A DNA stretch of 64,000 bases. Origin: a bacterium (GTDB taxonomy: Bacteria > Cyanobacteriota > Vampirovibrionia > Gastranaerophilales > JBAXKC01). The stretch spans positions 26,976-90,975 of the forward strand of contig JBAXKC010000008.1 in assembly GCA_037137535.1 (NCBI GenBank), given 5' to 3'. The translations under genes and the position numbers were made by a program. The notes beneath the pieces were generated by a model. It was given only the letters and a program-made list of their open reading frames with translations. It made no database searches and had not been told where the DNA came from. This document shows, one piece after another, positions 21,617-31,171 of the stretch; within the stretch, counting starts at the first letter, position 1, and the number at the start of each line of letters is the position of its first letter.

Positions 21617-22738
21617 ATGAGGTTTAAACTAATGAAAAAAATAGTATTAGTTACAACATTAGCAATTTTTATTACGGTGCATTCTGCAAATGCACAGCAA
21701 GCTACTAATTTTAATATGAATACGTCAATAAATTCTCAAATTCAATTATCAGATGAAAGTAATAAATTTAATATTCTTAAAAATACTCAACCTCAACTTG
21801 CAGATTTAGGTTATAAATCACTCTCAATACCTTATTTATATAAATCAAACTATTCTGATACTCCATACTTAATTTGGGACGATAATATAAATAATTTTTA
21901 TTTCATCTCCCCAAGAATACCTGTTGAGTCAATACTTAAATACAATAAAATAAATAATTACGTTCCCACGGCAAATATATTAAATCAAATGTGCCAAAAT
22001 TGGGAAGCTATCGATAGCAAAAAACTTTTAGAAGCGACTATAATCTCATCTACAGTTAAAAAATATAAATCTGATCCTAATTTCAAAAAAATTGATAAAC
22101 TAAGTAATATGACTTTATCAGATATTGCTTTATCTTCTGATAAATTTAAAGCACGTTATCTATATGAACAATCTTATAGAAATCAAGTTAACGAGGCATT
22201 ATTAAAACTTCAAAACGAATATACAAAATCTAAAAACATTACAATTGCAAATACAATAAATAATTTAAGAACAAAAAGTATTGCTTTAGAAACACTTAAA
22301 GCTACTCCTATCATTCAAAATATACAGCAATTTACATCGCCTCAAAACATAACAAATACTGCGCCTATAAATAATTATTCTCAAAATATTAATCAAGGTT
22401 TAAATAATTTTATTCAGCAATCTACAATTCCACAAGCAACAACTGGAATAATGAATAATTTAATACCGCAGTCCTATGATACACAAACTCAAACACAAGT
22501 TACTGAGCCTAACGTATTTCAACAATCGTTAGATATGCTAAACACTATTAATAATGTAAAACAGCAAATTAAGAGTCAAGTAGGCGTTAATGGAGCAGTT
22601 ATAGTTCCTAAAGCTGATAAATTAGATAAAGTTATGAATATTTTGAATATGTTTAATCAAAATACAACTAATAACAGCATGTATTTACCTAACAATCCCT
22701 ATATGTATAACAATACAAATGGAATAATCAATAGGTAA
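21617..22738 (+). CDS. Hypothetical secreted protein with an N/Q-rich C-terminus
   Basis: Signal-peptide-like MKKIVLVTTLAIFITVHSANA. No recognisable domain. Confidence 0.6.
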   Translation: MRFKLMKKIVLVTTLAIFITVHSANAQQATNFNMNTSINSQIQLSDESNKFNILKNTQPQLADLGYKSLSIPYLYKSNYSDTPYLIWDDNINNFYFISPRIPVESILKYNKINNYVPTANILNQMCQNWEAIDSKKLLEATIISSTVKKYKSDPNFKKIDKLSNMTLSDIALSSDKFKARYLYEQSYRNQVNEALLKLQNEYTKSKNITIANTINNLRTKSIALETLKATPIIQNIQQFTSPQNITNTAPINNYSQNINQGLNNFIQQSTIPQATTGIMNNLIPQSYDTQTQTQVTEPNVFQQSLDMLNTINNVKQQIKSQVGVNGAVIVPKADKLDKVMNILNMFNQNTTNNSMYLPNNPYMYNNTNGIINR

Positions 22739-22746
22739 CAGCATAT

Positions 22747-24330
22747 TTACTTATGATACATAATCAAATAAATATCGCCGGGTTTAAGATTAGCAATAAG
22801 TCTGCTATTGTCTGGAAATAAAGACATGGAATTAGCACTTACTAGAGGGTAGGTTGTGAAATAGTTATTTATTAAGTCTTTACCTAATTCCAGTTCAACA
22901 TTTTGGCTCTTCTTAAAATCGCTATTAGCAATCACTAATAGTTTTTCCTGGCCATATTCTCTTATATAAGCAATTACTTGATCTGAATTATTATTTAATG
23001 GAGTAATTTGTTTAAAACTACCCTTAATTATTAAATTTTCATGTTGTACTCTAAAGGCAAGAGCCTTCTTTATTTCTTGTTGAAGCTCGGGATTTGCCCC
23101 ATGGGGTTTATCAGATAAATTAAATATATCCAATTTTGCATTATGAACAAAATAAGTATTGCAATCGGTACGGCTAGAATCAGCAGCTTTATTTGCATAA
23201 GGATATAAATAGTTATCACCTGTTTCAAATCCTGAAATGAAATATGGATTAATTTCGGGTAAGGTTGAATTGAATATAATTATTTGTTTTGAAAGTTTTA
23301 CGCCAAGTGTATAGATGGGGCTTTCTTCATCATGTGTCGCAAATGAACCGATAGCTGCTTTCTTTGTTTTAAAAGAATTCAACATTTTTTTATTATAACT
23401 AATTTGGTTAAAGAACTCTGAGGCCGTTTTCCATTCATCCACTTTAAAATAACTGCCATAATAAGCATCAAAACCGGAGCTTAATAACTTTTCAGGAGGC
23501 GTAGAATGTAATTCGGGTGAAATATCACCTAACCAAGAATCAGAACTTTCTGCAAGAAATCCAAACTGTGGATCTTTTTGTCTTGCGTAAGATATAATTT
23601 CACTCCAGAATGCAGGTGGCTTTAATGCTGCAACATCAGCTCTTATTCCATCAATTCCAAGTTTTAGACACATATCAACAAAATCTTTATGAAGTTTAAT
23701 TAGATCATAATTAAGTTTTTTAGTACTTTCATCAGAATAAACTTTGAATAATCGGACATCTTTCCAATCTAAAGGAATTAGAGGGTTATTATTTTTATCT
23801 TTTAAAAAGAGTTGCGGCTGTTGTGAAAAAAGCTCAATATTTGCACAGCTTGGTAAATCAAGCATTACTTTGATATTTCTTTTATGACATTCTTTTACAA
23901 ATAATTTTGCTTCTTCTTCAACACTCATCGGATTAGTTTTATCATCTAATGAAGGTTCGATTTCATTAAAACTAACAGGCGAATAAACTGAACCTGCTGT
24001 ACCTAATGCTTGTGTCTTTCCTAATTTATTAATAGGAAGCATGTGTATTGTATTAATATTTAAACTTTTTAATTCGTCTAATCGCTTAATGGCGTTTAAA
24101 AAATTACCTGTGACTTCACCTTTTTCAGGTTCTATTAACCTGTCTCCATTTTTATCACTAGCATTAAAAGTTCTTATGATTAATGCGTATATAACAGCTT
24201 TTCTATTTGATAGCATGGAAGAAAGATTATTTTTATATATTTCCGCCGAAGAAACATTTTGAGAAAACATCGAAAAACCTAGTAATATTGAACTTATACA
24301 AGCTATTGAGCAAGCATTTTTTACTTTCAT
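22747..24330 (-). CDS. Secreted GH13 alpha-amylase-family glycoside hydrolase
   Basis: Signal peptide, and catalytic motifs GIRADVA (D), FLAES (E) and FATHDE (D). Confidence 0.85.
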   Translation of the reverse strand: MKVKNACSIACISSILLGFSMFSQNVSSAEIYKNNLSSMLSNRKAVIYALIIRTFNASDKNGDRLIEPEKGEVTGNFLNAIKRLDELKSLNINTIHMLPINKLGKTQALGTAGSVYSPVSFNEIEPSLDDKTNPMSVEEEAKLFVKECHKRNIKVMLDLPSCANIELFSQQPQLFLKDKNNNPLIPLDWKDVRLFKVYSDESTKKLNYDLIKLHKDFVDMCLKLGIDGIRADVAALKPPAFWSEIISYARQKDPQFGFLAESSDSWLGDISPELHSTPPEKLLSSGFDAYYGSYFKVDEWKTASEFFNQISYNKKMLNSFKTKKAAIGSFATHDEESPIYTLGVKLSKQIIIFNSTLPEINPYFISGFETGDNYLYPYANKAADSSRTDCNTYFVHNAKLDIFNLSDKPHGANPELQQEIKKALAFRVQHENLIIKGSFKQITPLNNNSDQVIAYIREYGQEKLLVIANSDFKKSQNVELELGKDLINNYFTTYPLVSANSMSLFPDNSRLIANLKPGDIYLIMYHK

Positions 24331-24446
24331 CTGATAGATTCCTCTTAATAAAACTTCACATAGTATATACTATCACGCAATTTTTATATACTGAATGTTT
24401 TTATATATATAAGCAGTATATATTTAGTTTGAAGGAGATAAGTATT

Positions 24447-25754
24447 ATGGCAATAAATAACGTTTCAGGATCATTTGATGCTCTTCAAAAGTTATATTAT
24501 CAAAAATACGGCACTCAAGCTAATGCAGACGAATTAACAAACTATGCTAAAATGCAAAATGAAAATATATTTGGTGTTTGGGATAAATTAGCTGGTGGCG
24601 ACGGAGTTAATGGAAATGTAATATCCTCAGACAGATATTATGCTAATAACAATGATTTATTATTTCAAGCAAAAGACGGCAAAATAGCTAACTTCGATAT
24701 GAAAAACGGAACAGTTAATCAAGCTACAAATACAGATTTAGCAAAAAAATTAGATATGCTCGACGATAATGTATATAATTACTCAATGACTCCAGACGTT
24801 GTTGCAAAAAGCAATATCGTTATGGGTAGAGATACTATGGATGTATTCGAAGCAGATAACAAAAAAACACCGGGAATTGAAACTCAAGACTACAACACAA
24901 ATATAATTACAGTTTCTTCAGAAGACACTTCAAAATTACTTAAAGATTCTGCTAAAAATGCAGGTTTTAAAACTGTAACTGAATTTGTGAATGCACAACA
25001 GACCAATAAAGATTTATCTAATCAATATAAAGCTTCTGTTTCAGATTATTTAGTTAATACATTTGGCGGAAATAAAGAAGCGGTTCTTAGAAATTTAGCA
25101 GACGTTCAACAACTACCTACAAGCCAAACAATGATAGATAACATTTATGGGCAAGTTATTGACAAAGTCAGCTCAGGAATTACAAATACCTATAAAGATA
25201 AAAGTACTTCAAACAATGATATTAACTTCTTTAAAGCTGATTACTATCCGACTGCTATACACTTCGGCGACTTAAAAACAGCTATTGGCAACGCAATAGG
25301 CCTAGAACAACAAGCAGCAGGAAGAAAAGACCCAATAGGATTTGAAACTAAAGATTCATTCTATAATTTTGTCGAAGACAAAAACAATGACAAGAAATTC
25401 AATAATGCAAATGAATTTGTTGGTGCAAATGGCGGCTGGGCTGATCTTTTAAAATATGATACTGATAAAAGCGGAACAATCAAAGGAAACGAATTAGATA
25501 AATTAAAAGTATTAGTAACTGACAAAAACACAGGCGCATCAAAAACTCTTTCGGCAAAAGATGCAGGAATCAATGAATTAAACTTAGCTTCATACCAAGC
25601 TATAAATCAAACAAAAAAAGATGGAAACTTCTTAGCAGGTTTATTTGATATGATTTTCAAAGGCAACCATGTTCAAGGTCAACAAACTTACGATAATGAA
25701 GAATACTTAAAAAATATGTTTTCAAACGCATACGGAATTGACATAGCAGCTTAA
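24447..25754 (+). CDS. Hypothetical protein with C-terminal Dx[DN]xDG/EF-hand-like loops
   Basis: ATG at 24447 follows an AAGGAG SD; the longer ORF start overlaps the amylase gene. Loops DKNNDKKFNNANE and DTDKSGTIKGNEL. Confidence 0.65.
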   Translation: MAINNVSGSFDALQKLYYQKYGTQANADELTNYAKMQNENIFGVWDKLAGGDGVNGNVISSDRYYANNNDLLFQAKDGKIANFDMKNGTVNQATNTDLAKKLDMLDDNVYNYSMTPDVVAKSNIVMGRDTMDVFEADNKKTPGIETQDYNTNIITVSSEDTSKLLKDSAKNAGFKTVTEFVNAQQTNKDLSNQYKASVSDYLVNTFGGNKEAVLRNLADVQQLPTSQTMIDNIYGQVIDKVSSGITNTYKDKSTSNNDINFFKADYYPTAIHFGDLKTAIGNAIGLEQQAAGRKDPIGFETKDSFYNFVEDKNNDKKFNNANEFVGANGGWADLLKYDTDKSGTIKGNELDKLKVLVTDKNTGASKTLSAKDAGINELNLASYQAINQTKKDGNFLAGLFDMIFKGNHVQGQQTYDNEEYLKNMFSNAYGIDIAA

Positions 25755-25781
25755 TATATTTCATATAAACAACTCAAAAAC

Positions 25782-26999
25782 TTATTGGCGGGGAATATCC
25801 TCGCCATTTTTATTTTTTAAAACTAAATTTAAAGCATTAAAAATATTTTCAATGGAAGAAGAAACATCAGTTTTACATGTTATGTTGTCTTTAACCATTT
25901 TAGCAAAAGAAGCTTTAGAAAATTCGCCATAACCTTTTATTTTCCACAATGAATTTAAAACATTTACCATACATGCTTCGCTTCTTAATTCATTAATTTC
26001 AACATTATTATTAACAATCGAAAAACTATTATTAATTGATTTTAAAATCAACTGATATGTCAAGATATCTTCAAATTCACCTTCATTGATAATATATACG
26101 CTATCTATTTCTCTTTTGATTTTTATAATTTCTTTTCCAATTGATTCAGCATCAAAATCAAATAATATAAAAATAGGAATACATAACTTATCTTTATAAT
26201 CTTTATACATTTTTAAAACTTGGTTCTTACCACCCGCAGAAACTAAATATATGCCATTTTTTGCAAAATCAAAGCCATGTACACAAGAAAACATAGGAAG
26301 AAGTTTTTCTTCCGTAATTCCTTCAACAATAAGAAATATTTCGGGGGAAACAGGAAAATTTAAACTTTTTCGTAATTCTAGCGAATAACAATAAACCTCA
26401 TTAAAATTTTGATTTAGTAAAAGATATTTCCAGATATAAAAAGCTCTTTTAACCCATAGCGACGTTTTGGTAAGCAAATCAGCTTTATCAAAATAGTCAA
26501 ATAAACTCTCAAAATTAATACTAAAAGTATTTGAATAGGAAATATAAATATTGTCATATCCAGAAAGTTCTGGATGTTTTTTAATTTTGGTTTTATAGCC
26601 TGCACTTGAAAACAGCTCATTTATTTCATAGACAGACAAGTTTTCAATATTAGAAAGTTTATCTAAAGTAATTCCAGGCTGTTGATTAAAGAAGAAATTT
26701 TCAGAATTAATTATTTCTTCAATAAGTTTAGTGGAAGAAAAAAACTTTGTATTTTCAAAAGAAAGATAATTAATTAATTTATTATCAAATTTATTTTCAA
26801 ATGTAGAATTTAATTCCTTAATAGAAGCATTAAATATTTCGGTAGCAATACATTCAAGTGAATATAAATCTAAGGACTTGATTGTATTTGAATTAAAACG
26901 AGGAATTACACAATTTTTTAGTATTACTTCTCTATAAATTTTTAATTTATTTAAAAAAGGATCTCTAAACCTAAGAAGTTTATCAGAATATTTAATCAA
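25782..26999 (-). CDS. Protein with a C-terminal OLD-type TOPRIM domain and no ATPase
   Basis: IVEGITEE, SAGGK, LFDFDAE (DxD) and GEFEDIL. The frame is open 39 codons further upstream. Confidence 0.65.
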   Translation of the reverse strand: MIKYSDKLLRFRDPFLNKLKIYREVILKNCVIPRFNSNTIKSLDLYSLECIATEIFNASIKELNSTFENKFDNKLINYLSFENTKFFSSTKLIEEIINSENFFFNQQPGITLDKLSNIENLSVYEINELFSSAGYKTKIKKHPELSGYDNIYISYSNTFSINFESLFDYFDKADLLTKTSLWVKRAFYIWKYLLLNQNFNEVYCYSLELRKSLNFPVSPEIFLIVEGITEEKLLPMFSCVHGFDFAKNGIYLVSAGGKNQVLKMYKDYKDKLCIPIFILFDFDAESIGKEIIKIKREIDSVYIINEGEFEDILTYQLILKSINNSFSIVNNNVEINELRSEACMVNVLNSLWKIKGYGEFSKASFAKMVKDNITCKTDVSSSIENIFNALNLVLKNKNGEDIPRQ

Positions 27000-27453
27000 A
27001 TTCTCAACACTTAAAGGCTTAATTGTAATGAATTCCTGATTAATCTCAGATAAACATGAATTAATAGTTATAGTTTTGCCTTTTTTAGTGAAAGGATGAG
27101 AAATTGCTATACTCCTTTAAAGATTAATTTATTTATAACATTTTAATAGATTTAGTTAAGATTTGCAAAGTTTTTTAAATTTTAAAGAATTTTAGGAAAT
27201 TTTTACGTCTCAAATGATTTTATTAATGTACGAAAAATAATCGAAGATAATACACTTAATTTCTCTATTGTTATTCGATTTTATGTATGTTAATTTATTA
27301 GCTCATTAGCATTGCTATTTTCTCTAAATATAGTAGAATGTAATCAATTGTTAATGTAGTACGCAGATAACATAAGGTTAAATATGAAAGTCAACTTTAA
27401 ATCGTCCTTTGGTTAGCGTTAGTATCGTAGTTTGGAAGATAGGAAGAAAAAAA

Positions 27454-27897
27454 TTGAACACACAAGTAAAAGAATTAGAAATTAAAGAAGAAATGACAGC
27501 TAATTACCTTGGAAGACACATTTTAGTAGAATTTTTTGGTTGCTGTCCAAATGTATTAAACAACACAGCTATGATTGAAGAAATGATGGTTGGAGCTGCT
27601 AAAAAATGCGGAGCAACTGTTGTAACACAAAATTTTCACACATTCAGCCCATACGGAGTTAGCGGTGTAGTAATTATCGCTGAATCTCATTTAACAATCC
27701 ACACTTGGCCGGAAATGGGTTATGCGGCAGTAGATTTATTTACTTGTGGCGAAACTTGCGATCCTTGGATTGCTTATGAAGTTATGAAAGAAGGATTATG
27801 CGCAGGAAATGCATCATATTCTGAACTCAAAAGAGGAATGATGAGCCCTTCTAATGAAGTTATGAATACACCATTTGAAGTTAAAACTCAAATTTAA
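27454..27897 (+). CDS. speD: S-adenosylmethionine decarboxylase proenzyme
   Basis: [32 protein letters not shown] (ES autocleavage site) and DLFTCG. Start is TTG 27454 or ATG 27493. Confidence 0.95.
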   Translation: MNTQVKELEIKEEMTANYLGRHILVEFFGCCPNVLNNTAMIEEMMVGAAKKCGATVVTQNFHTFSPYGVSGVVIIAESHLTIHTWPEMGYAAVDLFTCGETCDPWIAYEVMKEGLCAGNASYSELKRGMMSPSNEVMNTPFEVKTQI

Positions 27898-27914
27898 TAA
27901 TATAAAATAATTTT

Positions 27915-27948
27915 AAAAAGAAGATTTCATTGTGAAATCTTCTTTTTT
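27915..27948. terminator. Bidirectional terminator between speD and birA
   Basis: AAAAAGAAGATTTCA/TGAAATCTTCTTTTT inverted repeat between convergent genes. Confidence 0.8.
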
Positions 27949-27981
27949 GTATTCGATAATAGAAGTTTAGTAAATAATTAC

Positions 27982-28761
27982 TTATAGATAAACGATATTA
28001 GATGATTTAGTACATTTAATTATCTTTGTTTCAGAATTAAATGTATCAACAATTAAAAAACCATTTTCATCAACATCAATAGCTTTACCGTTTTGTGTTA
28101 TTAAATTTTCACTGAACAAAAATTCTTTCCCTAAAGTAAAGGAATTTTTTTTCCATAAATATATCAAACTTTGCGGACTGTTATGATAAAGATTAATATA
28201 ATTCTCAAAATTCTCAATTAACTCTGCAACGACTTCATTAATTGAAATATCTTTATCCAAGATTTCAGCTAAAGAAATGGGACTAAAAAGGGGATTGTTC
28301 AAATTTACAACTTTATGATTTAAATTTAAGCCTATTCCTGTAATCACAGACGAAATCGAACCATTTGTTCTAACTTCTGTCAAGATTCCACCAAGTTTTT
28401 TAAAGTCAAAAACAATATCATTTACCCATTTTAGCTGAACATTAATGCCATATAATGATTTTAATGCTGAAACAACAGCCATGCCAGCCACAAATGTTAA
28501 TAAATGAGTATATTGAGTAGATTTAGTTACAGAAATGATACTTATATATAGATTTCCTTTGGGAGAAATCCAGCTATTTTGCCCCTGACCTTTTCCGTTT
28601 GATTGAGATTTTGCAAGAATAATATCACCCGAAGAGGCGTTGCCTGCCTCTATAAGCCTAAAGGCCTCAAGATTTGTAGAGTCAATTTCATCGTATAAAT
28701 GAATTTTTTTCCCTATAAACTTTGCGTTTGTTTTCAGCTTAATTTCATCAATACTTAACAT
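27982..28761 (-). CDS. birA: Biotin-[acetyl-CoA carboxylase] ligase (no HTH domain)
   Basis: DSTN, QSNGKGQ (GRG-like), LKWVND, KKLGGIL and GIGLN. Confidence 0.9.
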   Translation of the reverse strand: MLSIDEIKLKTNAKFIGKKIHLYDEIDSTNLEAFRLIEAGNASSGDIILAKSQSNGKGQGQNSWISPKGNLYISIISVTKSTQYTHLLTFVAGMAVVSALKSLYGINVQLKWVNDIVFDFKKLGGILTEVRTNGSISSVITGIGLNLNHKVVNLNNPLFSPISLAEILDKDISINEVVAELIENFENYINLYHNSPQSLIYLWKKNSFTLGKEFLFSENLITQNGKAIDVDENGFLIVDTFNSETKIIKCTKSSNIVYL

Positions 28762-29474
28762 AAACCGAGCATTTCAGCTAATTCAGCATTATAAGTAAAT
28801 TCATCGTTAAATTTACTTTCAAAACCTTTTTTTAAGAAACATGGCAAGTTTTTATAATAGTCAATATTCGGATTAATTTCTGTAAGAGAAGTTATTGTGT
28901 TTTTATCGTAATAATCTTCAAAAATTGCTTTATGCAATAAATCATCAATATCAATCAAAATAGAGCCATGCTGCAAAATATAGTTATTTTTTCGATACTG
29001 TGCACTACCTATAATTTTTTTACCGTTGTAATTCAAGTCAGAACCTGTTGACAAAGCCATACAAAAGCCCTTATCAACGCTTACTTTTTTATACTCAGGA
29101 AATGATAATTTTATACCTAATAAATCTAAACCTACAATTAATGCTTCTGAAATTTCTTTATAAGAACTAATAACAGTAGAGCCTTTTTCTAAAAAATCAG
29201 CTTTACATACAAAACTGTAAGTTATTTCTAAATGATGTAAAACTGCTCGACCACCAGTAATTCTTCGTAGGACATCAATATTATTATTTTGACAATATTC
29301 GACACCAACGCTATCTAAGGGTTGATTTCGTCCAAGAGTTAAAGTAGGTTTGTCCCATCCGTAAAGCCTTAAAATTGGAGCAGATTCACTTTCGATAGAA
29401 TAATCTAAAATATTTGCATCAATTTCCATATTTTTTTTGCCATCTAATATTTGATAAGGCAAAAGATTATACAT
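28755..29474 (-). CDS. Lipoate-protein ligase A/octanoyltransferase (LipM-like)
   Basis: LRLYGWDKPTLTLGRNQ, RRITGGRAVLH, KKIIGSAQ and LQHGSI. Confidence 0.9.
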   Translation of the reverse strand: MYNLLPYQILDGKKNMEIDANILDYSIESESAPILRLYGWDKPTLTLGRNQPLDSVGVEYCQNNNIDVLRRITGGRAVLHHLEITYSFVCKADFLEKGSTVISSYKEISEALIVGLDLLGIKLSFPEYKKVSVDKGFCMALSTGSDLNYNGKKIIGSAQYRKNNYILQHGSILIDIDDLLHKAIFEDYYDKNTITSLTEINPNIDYYKNLPCFLKKGFESKFNDEFTYNAELAEMLGLC

Positions 29475-29476
29475 GA

Positions 29477-29779
29477 TTAATGTTTATCCTCATGATGAAA
29501 CGGATATGGCGCAGGAGGCTGAGAATAAGAAGATTTATACTTAAAAGAAAAATGGAAAGGATAAGAATTTTTTTCCAAAGTATATTTTACTAAATATAAA
29601 TCTTCTAGTGCTTTAGCAAATTTTTCACCAAGCTCTTCAGAAAAATGTTCGCCGCAAACCATGCAATTAACAGTTTCTTTATCTCTTAATCTTAATACAT
29701 TTAAATTGAACTCATTTCCACATTTACATTTTAATGTAATTCTCGGGAAATCTTTTTCATTAGCTTTAATATTAGTCAT
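29477..29779 (-). CDS. Small hypothetical Zn-ribbon-like protein
   Basis: CKC...CMVC cysteine pattern. First gene of the operon with the lipoate ligase and birA. Confidence 0.6.
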   Translation of the reverse strand: MTNIKANEKDFPRITLKCKCGNEFNLNVLRLRDKETVNCMVCGEHFSEELGEKFAKALEDLYLVKYTLEKNSYPFHFSFKYKSSYSQPPAPYPFHHEDKH

Positions 29780-29856
29780 AAATACACCTTATCTTATTTT
29801 TCAGGTTTTTATTATAATAATTTAATGATACTCCAATAATAGAAAGATATAAATAT

Positions 29857-30633
29857 ATGAAAAAGTCATGTTTTATCGAATGTTATTCAGGTGCTGCCGG
29901 AGATATGCTTATAGCTGGTTTTTTAGGTGCATTAAATGACAAGGATTATTTTATAAATGAATTAAGTAAACTTTCAATAAAAAATGAATTTGAAATTGAA
30001 ATCAAGCCAACCGTAAAAAAAGGGATTGCATCAACTAATTTTAACGTAATTATCAAAGAACATGATCATTGTCATTCTCATGAGCATAAACATCATCACC
30101 ATAGAGGTTTAAATGAAATAACTGAAATAATTAATAATTCAGATATTTCTACTGAAGCCAAAGAATTAGCTATAAAAATATTTATTAATCTTGGAGAAGC
30201 AGAAGCAAAAGTACATGGCACTACCTTAGATAAAGTTCATTTTCACGAAGTAGGAGCAATTGACTCAATTGTAGATATAGTAGGCTTTGCAATTCTATTT
30301 ACAAAATTAAAAATTGAAGAAGTGACAGTCTCTAATATAAATGTCGGAAGTGGTTTGATAAAGTGCGAACATGGTTTTATTCCTGTTCCTGCACCAGCAA
30401 CGCTAGAGCTTATAAAACTATTTAAAATGCCTGTATCTTCAATAGTTAATATTAAAGGTGAAACGCTAACACCAACAGGTGCCGCAATTTTGGGAACTAT
30501 CGCAACTGCATTTAATAACATTCCAAATTATGATGAAATTCAGACAATATCTTATGGTGCAGGAACTAAGGATTTTGAGGAAATTTCTAATACTCTAAGA
30601 GTTACGGTCGGAGTAGAAAAAAAAAACACTTAA
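29857..30633 (+). CDS. larC: Nickel-pincer cofactor nickel insertase, N-terminal part (LarC1)
   Basis: SGAAGDM, His-rich tract, HFHEVGAIDSIVDIVG, PVPAPAT and TPTGAAI. Confidence 0.92.
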   Translation: MKKSCFIECYSGAAGDMLIAGFLGALNDKDYFINELSKLSIKNEFEIEIKPTVKKGIASTNFNVIIKEHDHCHSHEHKHHHHRGLNEITEIINNSDISTEAKELAIKIFINLGEAEAKVHGTTLDKVHFHEVGAIDSIVDIVGFAILFTKLKIEEVTVSNINVGSGLIKCEHGFIPVPAPATLELIKLFKMPVSSIVNIKGETLTPTGAAILGTIATAFNNIPNYDEIQTISYGAGTKDFEEISNTLRVTVGVEKKNT

Positions 30634-31076
30634 TTAATTCAGTATTTGTTATTGAAACAAATTTAGACGATATTTCTTCTGAAATTATTCCTTATGTGAT
30701 AGAAAAATTAATGGAGAGTGGTGCGCTCGATGCGTTTATCACTCCTATTATTATGAAAAAAGGAAGACCTGCAAACAAATTAACTGTTTTATCCTATGAA
30801 AATACCTGCTCAATCTTAGAAGATATAATATTTAATGAAACAAAAACTCTTGGTCTAAGAAAATATAAAACTGATCGAATAATTCAAAATAGAAAAACAG
30901 AAATAATAAATATACCAGATCTTGGCGAAGTACGAATTAAATATAACCTCAATAAAAATGGAGAAATATTGTCTGCTAAACCAGAATATGAAGATTGCAA
31001 AAAATTAGCAGTTGAAACAAATCAACCCCTAATTAATATCATGACTAAAATCTCAAAAGTTATACAGAAAACATAA
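30624..31076 (+). CDS. larC: LarC C-terminal part (LarC2), joined to LarC1 by a -1 shift at the A10 run
   Basis: The -1 frame is open from 30591 and encodes ...VFVIETNLDDISSE...MKKGRP...TLGLR...KPEYEDC. The conserved ETNLDD motif lies upstream of the annotated GTG at 30696. Confidence 0.88.
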   Translation, partial: KHLINSVFVIETNLDDISSEIIPYVIEKLMESGALDAFITPIIMKKGRPANKLTVLSYENTCSILEDIIFNETKTLGLRKYKTDRIIQNRKTEIINIPDLGEVRIKYNLNKNGEILSAKPEYEDCKKLAVETNQPLINIMTKISKVIQKT

Positions 31077-31140
31077 CATAAACTACGTTAAGTTTGTTGT
31101 ATATCCATAAAGATAATCATACTTTTTACTTTGGGAGATA

Positions 31141-31171
31141 AACGCTCATTACGTTATTGTAATTGAGCGTT
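31141..31171. terminator. Hairpin directly after the stop of the 95-aa gene
   Basis: AACGCTCATTAC...GTAATTGAGCGTT imperfect inverted repeat between convergent genes. Confidence 0.55.

Noticed and set aside
24207-24446. N-terminal 80-aa extension of the 515-aa ORF
   Set aside because: It overlaps the divergent amylase gene, and a strong SD precedes the ATG at 24447.
27290-27453. SAM or polyamine riboswitch upstream of speD
   Set aside because: Only weak complementarity is present, and I could not recognise any SAM-riboswitch consensus.
30696-31076. Independent 126-aa gene starting at GTG 30696
   Set aside because: The conserved LarC ETNLDD motif lies in frame upstream and there is no SD, so a frameshift fusion explains it better.
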